This document shows positions 1 to 9,763 of a DNA stretch of 64,000 bases, piece after piece. The translations under genes and the position numbers were made by a program. The notes under the pieces are model-generated. The model did no database searches, had not been told where the DNA came from, and worked only from the letters and a program-made list of their open reading frames with translations. The DNA comes from Muribaculaceae bacterium (GTDB lineage Bacteria > Bacteroidota > Bacteroidia > Bacteroidales > Muribaculaceae). The DNA is taken from the NCBI GenBank assembly GCA_029051525.1, contig JAIDKG010000136.1:3569-67568 (forward strand), read 5' to 3'. Positions within the stretch are counted from its first letter, which is position 1; every line of letters begins with the position of its first letter.

Positions 1-180
1 CCACATTATAGCCGCCACTGACCAGTGCGTCGAGGCTGGTCACTGCAAATTCGGGTGTACCGAAAAAAACTATCTTCAAATCTTTCTTTTCCACGATATA
101 TGGGGGCGGCCCAAGGCCGTGTTAAGATAAAAACAAAACTAATAACAGACCAATCCGGTAGGAATCAGGCGCAGCTGCGT

Positions 181-1980
181 TCAGTCGTCGGAATAATGGC
201 GCAGCACCCTGCGATAGGAATTGAATATCTTAGACTTCGACACCATCCCGACATATTTGCCATTCTGGACTACGGGCAGGTTCCAGGCATTGGTGCGGTC
301 GAAAGTGTCCATCACACGTTCCATCGACTCGGTGGCCTCGATGCGTGCCGGCGGCATCGACATGAAGCGCGACACCGTCATCTTGCGGTAGAGGTCAGGG
401 CGGAACATGATATTGCGTATATCATCGAGCAGCACTATTCCCACCAGACTGCCATCGGAATCTGTGACCGGGAATATGTTGCGGTGCGATTCAGAGATTA
501 CATCCACCATCTCCTTCAGACTCATCTCCGGATGCACCACCTTGCAGTCAGTCTCAATGAGATTGTCGATTTTGAGGAGGGTGAGCACCGCCTGGTCCTT
601 CTCATTGGTCATCAGCTCACCCTTCTTGGCCAGACGCATGGAATAGATGCTGTAAGGCTCGAAGATTCGGATAGTCATATATGAGAGGGTGGAGACTATG
701 AGCAGCGGCAGGAAGAGTTCGTAGCCGCCGGTCATCTCGGCGGTAAGGAAGATTGCCATCAGAGGCGCGTGCATCACGCCGCTCATCACACCCGCCATAC
801 CCATAAGGGCGAAATTCTTATTGCTGATATCGATACCTATGTCGAGATTATTGAGCGCATAGGCAAAGAGAAATCCCGCCATCGCACCCACGAATAGCGA
901 GGGGGCGAAAGTGCCGCCCACACCACCGGCACCGTTGGTGGCCGAAGTGGCAAACACCTTCATCAGCACAATCATGCCGATATATAGGGCGATAAACCAA
1001 ACCGAATCGCGGTCGACATAAAAGAAAGAACCGTCCACAATCGAGCTGACATTACCTTCAAGCAGGTTATTGATTGCGCTATAACCCTCGCCATAGAGCG
1101 GGGGAAAGAGGAAAATCAGAGTAGCCAATATCACGCCACCGAGCAGAATCTTCTGCCAGGCATGACGGATTTTGCCAAACATCCCCTCCATCGACATCAT
1201 CATGCGGGTGAAATAGAGCGACACGAAACCGGTGACGATACCCAGCAGTATGGCATACGGTATTTTGCGCGTCATGAAGGGTTCGCTCTGAGCGAAGAAG
1301 AACTCCGCATCGTAGCCCTCAAGCACATATGCCACCGTGGCACCGGTGATCGAAGATATAAGGAGCGGCATCACCGTGGCACCGGTGAAATCGATCATCA
1401 GCACCTCCAGAGTGAACAGCATCCCCGCAATCGGGGCTCGGAAGATGCCCGCGATACCGGCCGCTGCTCCGCATCCCACGAGAATCATCAGAATCTTCGG
1501 CGACAGGCGGAAAGCCTGTCCGATATTCGAGCCGATGGCAGCTCCGGTGAATACAATCGGACCCTCCGCACCCACCGAACCACCGAACCCGATGGTAATC
1601 GACGAGGCCACGAGCGAAGCATAGCAATTCTTCTTCTTCAGTCGCGACTTACGCTGCGAAATGGCATAGAGCACACGCGTGACTCCATGCGATATATTGT
1701 CTTTCACCACATATCTCACGAATAGGGTCACGATGAGAATACCCACCACCGGATAGATAAGAAATGCGATATTGGCCGAAGTATTGCTCACATGCGAAAT
1801 CAGGAACCCCGAGATGGCATGGATGAGGTACTTCAGCAGTTGCGCTGCGAATCCGCACACCACACCCACCACCAAGGCGAGCAGATATATGAACCGGCTC
1901 TCCTTGATATGCCGCTCTCGCCAGGCTACGATCTGCATCCAGGCTTCGGTAAAACGGTTATGTGTCTCTTTATATGCCAC
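181..1980 (-). CDS. ClC family chloride channel/H+ antiporter with C-terminal CBS pair
   Basis: 599 aa, many TM helices; GGSVGAEGP (gating Glu), GAAAGIAGIFRAP and GGTFAP motifs; C-terminal CBS repeats (FPVTDSDGSLVGIV, LPVVQNGKYVGMVS). Confidence 0.93.
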   Translation of the reverse strand: MAYKETHNRFTEAWMQIVAWRERHIKESRFIYLLALVVGVVCGFAAQLLKYLIHAISGFLISHVSNTSANIAFLIYPVVGILIVTLFVRYVVKDNISHGVTRVLYAISQRKSRLKKKNCYASLVASSITIGFGGSVGAEGPIVFTGAAIGSNIGQAFRLSPKILMILVGCGAAAGIAGIFRAPIAGMLFTLEVLMIDFTGATVMPLLISSITGATVAYVLEGYDAEFFFAQSEPFMTRKIPYAILLGIVTGFVSLYFTRMMMSMEGMFGKIRHAWQKILLGGVILATLIFLFPPLYGEGYSAINNLLEGNVSSIVDGSFFYVDRDSVWFIALYIGMIVLMKVFATSATNGAGGVGGTFAPSLFVGAMAGFLFAYALNNLDIGIDISNKNFALMGMAGVMSGVMHAPLMAIFLTAEMTGGYELFLPLLIVSTLSYMTIRIFEPYSIYSMRLAKKGELMTNEKDQAVLTLLKIDNLIETDCKVVHPEMSLKEMVDVISESHRNIFPVTDSDGSLVGIVLLDDIRNIMFRPDLYRKMTVSRFMSMPPARIEATESMERVMDTFDRTNAWNLPVVQNGKYVGMVSKSKIFNSYRRVLRHYSDD

Positions 1981-2032
1981 TTGTTGCTAAGGATAGATAT
2001 TGGTTGATAAAACAGGGATGGGGCTGATTCAC

Positions 2033-3463
2033 TCATACCCCCTTGCCCATCACGACGGTCTTGATGGTGTGGAGCAGAATCTTGATATCCACAGCCACCG
2101 ACATGTTGGAGAGATAGATCAGGTCATAGCGTGTGCGCTCCACCATTTCCGGCACACTGCGGGCATAGCCGAATTTCACCATTCCCCAGGATGTGATGCC
2201 CGGTTTCACCTGATGAATGAGGGTATAATAAGGGGCTTCGCGCACAATCTGCTCAATGAAGAAAGCCCGCTCCGGACGTGGCCCCACGAGCGACATCTCC
2301 CCCTTGAACACATTCCAGAACTGTGGGAGTTCGTCGAGTCGGTATTTACGCATCACGCGTCCCAGAGGGGTGATGCGCGGGTCGGTATCGTCGGATAGCT
2401 GCGGGCCGTTGGCCTCGGCATCCACCCGCATACTGCGGAACTTCAGGATATTGAACGGGCGCTGGCGGTAGCCTACGCGTTCCTGGCGGTAGATCACCGG
2501 CCCCGGCGATGTGGACTTCACAGCAATAGCCAGAGCCAGATAGAGCGGGGAGAGGAGTATCAGCGCCGTGCCCGAGAGGAGCACATCCATGATGCGCTTG
2601 GTATTGCGCTGCAGGTCGTTCATGGCCGGAGAGGTGAGGTCGATCATCGGTTCGCTGATGATGTCGCCCAGCTTGATATGCGATGTAAAGAAAGCCATCG
2701 AGGTCGGAGCCAAGCGGATCGGCACACCTGTAGGGAAATATTTAAAGAGGAGCTGCATCACCTTCTCCTCCGGGCTTCCTTGGGTGGGCACGAGCACAAT
2801 CTGGTCGATATTATGTGTGCGGGCCAGGCGTTCCACCTGTCGGTCATCGAGAGCGTTATGGTTTTCGGTCGAGGCCGGTTCCCCCTCGATCGGTACGTGT
2901 CCCACCACATTATAACCCATATTGGTGGGTTGCTCCTGAAGTCGGCGAGCTGTATTGATGGCATGCGGCGAATTGCCGATGATCACGGTATTGAACATCC
3001 AGTCGCGCCGCTGCATATGTCGGATCGATGATGTGGTGAGAATCAGTCGCCCTATATACGTGAAGAGAAACAGGCAGCCCCAGAGCACAATCACCACCTC
3101 ATAGGTCAGAGTGCGGGCCGGCAGAGGGTCGTTGATAAGCAGAGCGAAATAGATAAGCGCAGTGCTCACCACCGACGACACCATCGTGGAGTGAAATTCC
3201 TCAACACGCGATTTAGAAAACGGACGGTTGTAATATCCTGACCACCAATATATACCCAGCAATATGAAAGGCAACAGAATCTGCTCGATCACCACAGTGG
3301 GCATAGAGAGAAACTCGCCCAGAGTAAGATGTCCGCGCACATGGATCTCCATGAGGAAATATCGGAAGATATTGAAAGTGAATATGGCAAGCGCCGTGGT
3401 CACCAGGTCGGTGGCCACGTAGCGCGCGCGCTGTATCGCGAGAGATATCTGATTCCCTTTCAT
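2033..3463 (-). CDS. Polyprenyl-phosphate glycosylphosphotransferase (WcaJ/WbaP-like sugar transferase)
   Basis: N-terminal TMs, CoA-binding-like middle region, Bac_transf motifs KFRSM, DPRIT, LDELPQ, MSLVGPRPE. Confidence 0.93.
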   Translation of the reverse strand: MKGNQISLAIQRARYVATDLVTTALAIFTFNIFRYFLMEIHVRGHLTLGEFLSMPTVVIEQILLPFILLGIYWWSGYYNRPFSKSRVEEFHSTMVSSVVSTALIYFALLINDPLPARTLTYEVVIVLWGCLFLFTYIGRLILTTSSIRHMQRRDWMFNTVIIGNSPHAINTARRLQEQPTNMGYNVVGHVPIEGEPASTENHNALDDRQVERLARTHNIDQIVLVPTQGSPEEKVMQLLFKYFPTGVPIRLAPTSMAFFTSHIKLGDIISEPMIDLTSPAMNDLQRNTKRIMDVLLSGTALILLSPLYLALAIAVKSTSPGPVIYRQERVGYRQRPFNILKFRSMRVDAEANGPQLSDDTDPRITPLGRVMRKYRLDELPQFWNVFKGEMSLVGPRPERAFFIEQIVREAPYYTLIHQVKPGITSWGMVKFGYARSVPEMVERTRYDLIYLSNMSVAVDIKILLHTIKTVVMGKGV

Positions 3464-3512
3464 GGTTATATACTTCCTTACTGCGTTGAGACCGGCAGGA
3501 GAGAGGCCGGAC

Positions 3513-4085
3513 CTAACGGATAATGCTGATTACTTCGCGGTCGGTCACTTTGATAATACCGCTGGGGCGCCGGGGGGTATTGTCATCGCGGCGATACTTC
3601 ACCACATAATCCACCCCCTCCAAAATCTCCCGCTCAATCTGAGCGAAGAAAGGGGCAGCCGGGCGACCGCTGATATTGGCCGAGGTAGATACCAGCGGGC
3701 GGCGCAGGCGGCGACAAAGCTCGCGCGAGAAATCCTCGCCGGTGACGCGGATTCCCAACGAACCATCCTCCGCCAGAAGATTCCGGGCCACACCGCGCGG
3801 AGAGTCATATATGATGGTGAGAGGCTCTACCGCCACATCGATGAGCTGCAGAGCCGTCTCCGGCACATTCTCCAGCCAGCGGTAGAGCGAATCGACCGAA
3901 TCCACGAGGGCGAGCATCGACTTCGAGTCGGCACGCTGCTTGAGCTCGTAGATACGGGCCACGGCCTCGGGATTGGTGGCATCGGCACCGATACCCCACA
4001 CGGTGTCGGTGGGGTAGAGTATCACACCCCCCTTGCGGAGAGTGTCGAGCGCTTCGCGCAGGTCATCGTCGGTATATCCTTTCAT
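3513..4085 (-). CDS. tsaC: L-threonylcarbamoyladenylate synthase (Sua5/YrdC)
   Basis: YPTDTVWGIG, K-x-R and STSANISG motifs. Confidence 0.92.
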   Translation of the reverse strand: MKGYTDDDLREALDTLRKGGVILYPTDTVWGIGADATNPEAVARIYELKQRADSKSMLALVDSVDSLYRWLENVPETALQLIDVAVEPLTIIYDSPRGVARNLLAEDGSLGIRVTGEDFSRELCRRLRRPLVSTSANISGRPAAPFFAQIEREILEGVDYVVKYRRDDNTPRRPSGIIKVTDREVISIIR

Positions 4086-4118
4086 ATTCGTGGGGAGGGG
4101 AGAGGGGTTGGGGGTATA

Positions 4119-6164
4119 TCAATAGAAGCTGCTTATCATGAAGCAGGCTTCATCGAAATCTATGAGAGAGTGTAAATTTTCACTCATCAAGGCCTCTTCG
4201 ATATGCTCCACCTCGCGGAGCCAAGCGGCCGCCGAGGCATCGGAGGGCATGCGCCAGTCGCCACGCGGAGAGAGGCACACACTTCCCACCTTCGGACCAT
4301 CAGGCATACACGAGCGCTTGAACTGCTGATTGAAGAAGCGGCGGTAGAAATTACGGAGCCATTTCACAAGAGTAGCGTCGTCATATATCCCGCGGAAAGC
4401 CTCGCGGGCCAGAATCATCACCTTGTATGGAGTCGAGCCATACCGCAGGGTGTGATATAGGAAGAAATCATGGAGCTCGTAGGGGCCCACGAGGTCTTCG
4501 GTCTTTTGGGCTATTGTGTCGGCATCATCATCAGATGGCACGAGCTCCGGGGATATCGGAGTATTGACGATATCGATGAGTATTCGCGAGATCTCCTTAT
4601 TCACCTCACGGTCGGCAAACCATTCCACCAGATGGCGCACCAGTGTTTTGGGCACCGAGGCATTGACGGCATACATCGACATGTGGTCGCCATTGTAGGT
4701 GCACCAGCCGAGAGCGAGTTCGGAGAGGTCGCCGGTGCCGAGCACTATTCCGCCGCATTTGTTGGCATAGTCCATAAGAATCTGGGTGCGCTCGCGGGCC
4801 TGCGAATTTTCGAAGGCTGCGTCGTGGCATTGCGGATCCTGACCGATATCGCTGAAATGCTGGTCAACGGCCGCTCCGATGGGGATTTCGAGGGATGATA
4901 CGCCGAGGAGCTGCATGAGTTGCCAGGCATTGTTGCGGGTCTTGGATGTTGTGGCAAGTCCCGGCATGGTGATGGCCTGAATGCCGGTGCGCGGCAGTCC
5001 CATCATATCGAAAGTGCGGCATGCCACGAGCAGAGCCAGCGTAGAGTCGAGTCCTCCCGACACACCGATCACCAGATTGCGGCAACCGATAGCCTCCAGA
5101 CGTCGGCGCAAACCGAGGCATTGGATATTGATGATCTCGGTGCAATTCTCATTGCGATGCTCCGGATCGGCCGGCACGAAGGGGTGTGGATCGATAGTTC
5201 TCCCCACAAGTGAGCAGGCGGCTTCAAACCGCTCTCCGAAAGGAGCCACACTGCCGCCGCACTCGATGGTGAGGTAGCTTTGCGTATCAGAGGCCGGTGA
5301 CATGAAGGTGTTGGTATGGCAGCGGTCGTGGGTCAACTGCTGCAAGTCGATATCGGCCACGGTGAGATGTGCACCATATTCATGGCGGGGTGATTCGGCC
5401 AGTATGCGACCATCCTCGGCCACGGCGGTATATCCGGGAAATGCAAGGTCGGTCGATGATTCACCCGCACCGGCCGATGCATAGGCGTAGGCACAGCGGC
5501 ACCGTGCCGACTGCTGGGCAATCAGTTGGCGGCGATAGCGGTATTTGCCGATAGTCTCATTAGATGCCGAGAGATTAAGTATCACATTGGCTCCGGCCAT
5601 GGCCAGCGCACCCGACGGCGGGGTCGGCACCCAGAGGTCCTCGCAGATTTCGGCCCCCACGGTCATTCCGCGGAAAGAGAAGAGGAGTCGTGGAGAGAAA
5701 GGCACATTGCGGCCATTGAGCGAGATTGTGGTATCGGCCGGCAGATTTGCACCCGAGGCAAACCATCGGGCCTCATAATACTCCGAATAATTCGGTATAT
5801 GAGTCTTCGGCACGATTCCCTTCACCTCGCCATCGCAGATCACCACGGCGCAGTTATAGAGCGCATTGCGGAATCGCATCGGTGCGCCTACCACGATCAT
5901 GGGGGTTACGTCGAGGAGTTGCTCACAGAGTAAGTGTATGGCCATCGAAGCATCGCGCAGCAATCGCTCCTGGCCGAAGAGGTCGGCACAGGTATAACCG
6001 GTCAGAGAGAGTTCCGGAAAAAGAATGATATCGGCAGAGTCGGAATATTGGCGGACGATCTTGATGATTTCATCCGTATTCCGTGCAGTGTCGGCAATAT
6101 GCAGTGTCGGTGCTGCGGCCACGATGCGGCGGAAACCGCAGTAAAAATACTCGCTCAGGTTCAT
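4119..6164 (-). CDS. nadE: Glutamine-dependent NAD+ synthetase
   Basis: Nitrilase domain ([19 protein letters not shown]) plus synthetase domain ([20 protein letters not shown]). Start reassigned to ATG 6164 because the longer ORF runs through the promoter and repeat array. Confidence 0.95.
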   Translation of the reverse strand: MNLSEYFYCGFRRIVAAAPTLHIADTARNTDEIIKIVRQYSDSADIILFPELSLTGYTCADLFGQERLLRDASMAIHLLCEQLLDVTPMIVVGAPMRFRNALYNCAVVICDGEVKGIVPKTHIPNYSEYYEARWFASGANLPADTTISLNGRNVPFSPRLLFSFRGMTVGAEICEDLWVPTPPSGALAMAGANVILNLSASNETIGKYRYRRQLIAQQSARCRCAYAYASAGAGESSTDLAFPGYTAVAEDGRILAESPRHEYGAHLTVADIDLQQLTHDRCHTNTFMSPASDTQSYLTIECGGSVAPFGERFEAACSLVGRTIDPHPFVPADPEHRNENCTEIINIQCLGLRRRLEAIGCRNLVIGVSGGLDSTLALLVACRTFDMMGLPRTGIQAITMPGLATTSKTRNNAWQLMQLLGVSSLEIPIGAAVDQHFSDIGQDPQCHDAAFENSQARERTQILMDYANKCGGIVLGTGDLSELALGWCTYNGDHMSMYAVNASVPKTLVRHLVEWFADREVNKEISRILIDIVNTPISPELVPSDDDADTIAQKTEDLVGPYELHDFFLYHTLRYGSTPYKVMILAREAFRGIYDDATLVKWLRNFYRRFFNQQFKRSCMPDGPKVGSVCLSPRGDWRMPSDASAAAWLREVEHIEEALMSENLHSLIDFDEACFMISSFY

Positions 6165-6221
6165 GTCGAGAAAAACAGTTGAAAATTCGGGCGGAGAATG
6201 TGAGAGGCATTTTCCGCGATG

Positions 6222-6229
6222 CAAATCTA
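6222..6229 (-). promoter_or_regulatory. Bacteroidetes housekeeping promoter -7 element for nadE
   Basis: TAGATTTG on the minus strand (TAnnTTTG consensus), about 60 nt upstream of the ATG. Confidence 0.65.
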
Positions 6230-6275
6230 ACAAAAAATCCCGACAAATGCAAATAAGACTCCTTCCAGCAAACCG

Positions 6276-6478
6276 CCGCAAAAGATGAACAGCACCCTGC
6301 AAAACCTCGGAAAAGCCCGCAAAAGGAGAACAGCACCCCGTAAAACCTCGCAAAAGCCCTCAAAAGATGAACAGCACCTCGCAAAACCTCGGGAAAGCCC
6401 GCAAAAGCTCGCAAAAGGAGAACAGTACCCCGCAAAAGTCCGCAAAAGTCCGGAAAAGATGAACAGCACCCCGAAAGT
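6276..6478. repeat. Compound satellite: about 5 copies of a 41-bp unit built from 10-bp YCGCAAAAGY subunits and a GAACAGCACC core
   Basis: Units start at 6276, 6317, 6358, 6409 and 6450; cores alternate ATGAACAG and GAGAACAG. Confidence 0.92.
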
Positions 6479-6515
6479 CCGACGATTTTTGTGGTAGGGC
6501 GGGGGTATAAGAAGA

Positions 6516-6548
6516 GACCGGTCGGCAACGTGAAGTTACCGACCGGTC
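6516..6548 (-). terminator. Stem-loop terminator after rpmB-rpmG-DUF4295
   Basis: GACCGGTCGGCAAC / GTTACCGACCGGTC inverted repeat, followed by TCTTCTT on the minus strand. Confidence 0.7.
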
Positions 6549-6594
6549 GTATATTTTGGAGATGCCGATGTGATGGCGGCGTTCAGAAGTGAGA

Positions 6595-6744
6595 TTACTT
6601 CAGAGCAGCCTGCACAGCGTCGTTGGGCACCATTTCCTCTTTGAAGATATAAGCGCCTGTCTTGGGAGACTTCTCCATTTTGATGACTTTGCTGTAGGTG
6701 CGTCCTTCACCTTTCTGAAGCGACGCCACGGTTTTCTTTGCCAT
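6595..6744 (-). CDS. DUF4295 family small protein (49 aa, absent from the ORF track)
   Basis: Hand translation MAKKTVASLQKGEGRTYSKVIKMEKSPKTGAYIFKEEMVPNDAVQAALK; this family follows rpmG in Bacteroidetes. Confidence 0.88.
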   Translation of the reverse strand: MAKKTVASLQKGEGRTYSKVIKMEKSPKTGAYIFKEEMVPNDAVQAALK

Positions 6745-6755
6745 AGTTCAGATGC

Positions 6756-6944
6756 TTATTTGATTTCTTTGTGGATGGTCATTTTTTTCAGGATGGGGTT
6801 GTATTTCTTCAACTCCAGACGTCCCGGGGTGTTTTTGCGGTTTTTGGTAGTGATGTAACGTGACATACCGGGCATGCCGCTTGCCTTATGTTCGGTGCAC
6901 TCGAGAATCACTTGCACTCGATTGCCTTTAGCTTTCTTTGCCAT
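6756..6944 (-). CDS. rpmG: 50S ribosomal protein L33
   Basis: [10 protein letters not shown]...[21 protein letters not shown]. Confidence 0.98.
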   Translation of the reverse strand: MAKKAKGNRVQVILECTEHKASGMPGMSRYITTKNRKNTPGRLELKKYNPILKKMTIHKEIK

Positions 6945-7057
6945 AGTAGGATTATGTGATTGATTGCTTTATGCGGGAGTATTCGGGCCGTGGGGTAGGG
7001 AGGCGATGCCGCATGGAAGCGCGTGGCATCGGCTGCCGCCGTGGGGCCTGTAGCTCC

Positions 7058-7321
7058 TTAGAGTGAAAGGATAGTGATGTTTTTGAAATCAAGGTTGCCT
7101 TCTGCCTCAGCTCTTTTGAGGGCAGCGTTAAGGCCGATCTTGTTGATAGTGCGGAGGGCGTGAGCCGACACAGTAAGCTCGATCCACATATCCTGCTCTA
7201 CCCAGTAGAATTTCTTCTTGTGCAGGTTGACCTCGAATTTGCGCTTTGTGCGGCGCTTGGAGTGAGAGACATTGTTACCCACCTGGGTCTTCTTGCCTGT
7301 TATCTGACAAACTTTTGACAT
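7058..7321 (-). CDS. rpmB: 50S ribosomal protein L28
   Basis: [10 protein letters not shown]...[15 protein letters not shown]. Confidence 0.98.
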   Translation of the reverse strand: MSKVCQITGKKTQVGNNVSHSKRRTKRKFEVNLHKKKFYWVEQDMWIELTVSAHALRTINKIGLNAALKRAEAEGNLDFKNITILSL

Positions 7322-7449
7322 GGCTGTTTGGTTTCTGAATTGATTTAAAAACTCTGTAGGTGAAATCCATGGCCGCCATCTCAGTTCTCATATCGCCCAT
7401 AAGTGCATCATTCTCAGGGGCTTTAAAGGATGTGCCACAAAAATCTTTG

Positions 7450-7457
7450 CAAAGTTA
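7450..7457 (-). promoter_or_regulatory. Promoter -7 element for the rpmB operon
   Basis: TAACTTTG on the minus strand. Confidence 0.7.
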
Positions 7458-7520
7458 CACAATATCGGCGAATTATGCAAGTGATTCGGCAAAATTTTTG
7501 TGCGCTTGAAGGGGAGGGCC

Positions 7521-7619
7521 GGTCGGGCCGGTCGGACTGGTCGGACCGGTCGGACTGGTCAGACAGGTCGGACAGGTCAGACAGGTCAGACAGGTCAGAC
7601 TGGTCCGACTGGTCCGACT
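7521..7619. repeat. 11 tandem copies of the 9-bp quasi-palindrome GGTC(G/A/C)GACN
   Basis: ggtcgggcc ggtcggact ggtcggacc ggtcggact ggtcagaca ggtcggaca ggtcagaca ggtcagaca ggtcagact ggtccgact ggtccgact. Confidence 0.95.
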
Positions 7620-7675
7620 TGCCGGCTCCGGGGTCGATTATATGCCGGGATAATGGCAGTTTCGGAAAATTTTGC

Positions 7676-7683
7676 TAATTTTG
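7676..7683 (+). promoter_or_regulatory. Promoter -7 element for tsaD-cinA
   Basis: TAATTTTG. Confidence 0.65.
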
Positions 7684-7784
7684 CATGATTTGTAGGGTGG
7701 TGACCGGTTGGTTCAGTCGGTTCGGGATGGTCGGTAGTGTCGGTATCCCGGCCAGTCCGCCATAATAAGAAGAAACAAGATTAT

Positions 7785-8798
7785 ATGAACGCTATATTAG
7801 GAATCGAGTCATCTTGCGATGATACTTCGGCTGCTGTCATCATCGACGGCGTGCTGCGAAGCAATGTCATTGCAAGCCAGAAAGTGCATGAGGCCTATGG
7901 GGGAGTGGTGCCCGAGCTGGCATCCCGCGCCCATCAGCAGAATATACTTCCGGTGGTAAGTGAGGCGATACGTCAGGCCGGTATTACCAAAGAGCAACTT
8001 ACGGCCATTGCTTATACGCGCGGACCGGGTCTGATGGGTTCGCTTCTTGTGGGTACGAGTTTCGCCAAGGGTCTGGCGCTCGGTCTCGGCATTCCCCTGA
8101 TTGATGTGAATCATCTTCAGGCCCACGCCCTCTCGCACTTTGTGAAAGAGAGCGAGACCGATGAGGTGCCCGAATTCCCATATATGTGTCTGCTGGTGTC
8201 GGGTGGTAATTCGCAGATTATACTGGTGAAAAGTGCGGTTGAGATGGAAATCATAGGTCGCACAATCGACGATGCTGCCGGCGAAGCCTTCGACAAATGT
8301 GCCAAAGTGATGGGATTGCCGTATCCCGGCGGTCCGCACATCGACCGTCTGGCCGCCGAGGGTAATCCGAAGGCCTTCCGATTCAGCAAACCCCATATCG
8401 ACGGACTCGACTACTCATTCTCCGGACTGAAAACCAGCTTCTTGTATACCCTGCGCGACAATATGCGCACCGACCCCGACTTCATTGAGAAAAACAAAGC
8501 CGATCTTGCCGCCTCACTGCAGCACACCATCATCGAGATTCTGCTGCATAAGCTTGGCAAGGCGGTGGATATGCACCATCCGAAGCACTTGGCCATAGGT
8601 GGCGGTGTATCGGCCAATTCGGGTGTGCGCGATGCTATCGCGGCCTTCTGTGCCGAGCGCGGCATACGCGCCTGGATCCCCAAGCGCAGCTTCACCACCG
8701 ACAATGCCGCCATGGTGGCCATAGCCGGTGCGATGCGCATGCAGCCCGGCGAGCGCGGCGACCTCTCGCTCCCCCCCTTCGCCCGCACCGAGCTTTGA
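7785..8798 (+). CDS. tsaD: tRNA N6-adenosine threonylcarbamoyltransferase
   Basis: ILGIESSCDDT, GGVVPELASRAH, HLQAH, DDAAGEAFDK, TDNAAMVA. Confidence 0.97.
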   Translation: MNAILGIESSCDDTSAAVIIDGVLRSNVIASQKVHEAYGGVVPELASRAHQQNILPVVSEAIRQAGITKEQLTAIAYTRGPGLMGSLLVGTSFAKGLALGLGIPLIDVNHLQAHALSHFVKESETDEVPEFPYMCLLVSGGNSQIILVKSAVEMEIIGRTIDDAAGEAFDKCAKVMGLPYPGGPHIDRLAAEGNPKAFRFSKPHIDGLDYSFSGLKTSFLYTLRDNMRTDPDFIEKNKADLAASLQHTIIEILLHKLGKAVDMHHPKHLAIGGGVSANSGVRDAIAAFCAERGIRAWIPKRSFTTDNAAMVAIAGAMRMQPGERGDLSLPPFARTEL

Positions 8799-8894
8799 GC
8801 GCCGGGAGCCGACCCCGGACTCACCCCCCTCTCCCTATCACCCCCTCCTCATCATATTCATCCTCATACATATACATTATCATCCGCCCCGACC

Positions 8895-9650
8895 ATGGCA
8901 CAGCATACCGAAATACGCCATGTGGTGATCTACGGATACACCCGCGACGAACTCTCCCGCCTGCTCCGACACTTCGAAGAGCAACTGCCGGAATATGTGA
9001 AAATCTCGATACAGAGCGAAAATCTCATGACACGCGTCACTCTCACCGGTGTGAACAGCGGCATAGAACTGCTCCGCTTCAAGATGAACAAATACCATCG
9101 CAATCTCAACGATATCTTCACCACCGATGTGGTGGCCATGGACGACCTCACACCGGCCGAAGTACTTGGCAATCTGCTGCGCGAGCGTGAGCTCACAGTG
9201 GCATTTGCCGAGAGCTGCACCGGTGGTAATCTGGCTCATCGCATCACACAGGTGCCCGGCTCATCGGCCTACTTCTTAGGTAGCGTGGTGAGCTATTCTA
9301 ACGATGTGAAGGCCAATGTGCTCGGTGTGTCGCGCAGCGACCTGTCGCAGCATGGCGCGGTGAGCAGCGAGGTGGTCACACAGATGGCCGATGGTGTGTG
9401 CCGACTCATGCGCACCGACTGCGCCATAGCCACCTCCGGCATAGCCGGCCCCGACGGGGGCACACGGTTCAAACCGGTAGGCACCGTATGGATGGCTGCC
9501 CGCCTTCAGGATAAGATCGTGACAGAATGCATGCACTTCAAGGGGGACCGCAACGCCGTGATAGAGCAGGCCACCAACCATGCCATCATGATGCTCATAG
9601 GGCTGCTGCGCAATTCCTACGAAGCCCCCGAGGATTTCAACGACGAGTGA
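8895..9650 (+). CDS. cinA: CinA/PncC nicotinamide-nucleotide amidohydrolase without the N-terminal MoCF domain
   Basis: AESCTGG, HGAVS, SGIAGPDGG and KPVGTV motifs. Confidence 0.88.
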   Translation: MAQHTEIRHVVIYGYTRDELSRLLRHFEEQLPEYVKISIQSENLMTRVTLTGVNSGIELLRFKMNKYHRNLNDIFTTDVVAMDDLTPAEVLGNLLRERELTVAFAESCTGGNLAHRITQVPGSSAYFLGSVVSYSNDVKANVLGVSRSDLSQHGAVSSEVVTQMADGVCRLMRTDCAIATSGIAGPDGGTRFKPVGTVWMAARLQDKIVTECMHFKGDRNAVIEQATNHAIMMLIGLLRNSYEAPEDFNDE

Positions 9651-9763
9651 GTCGCATCCCCTCAAAAAATTGAATCCCCTCTCCTCATCCCCCCGCAGCG
9701 GATGGCCGAAATCCGTCGACGCAGGGGGAAAGACTCCATAAATACCTACAGAACAACCAGACA

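Noticed and set aside
181-1980. Fluoride exporter (ClC-F) with fluoride riboswitch
   Set aside because: It has GAEGP rather than the GNNLI/GREGT signature, and only 52 nt separate it from the upstream gene
6276-6478. Possible CRISPR array
   Set aside because: The intervening segments are themselves copies of the 10-bp subunit rather than unique spacers, and there are no cas genes
6070-6528. ORFs crossing the satellite, including the 63-aa N-terminal extension of nadE
   Set aside because: They are repeat-derived reading frames overlapping the promoter
7430-7688. SDR/SDW- and GQT-repeat peptides
   Set aside because: They are translations of the 9-bp array that span two divergent promoters
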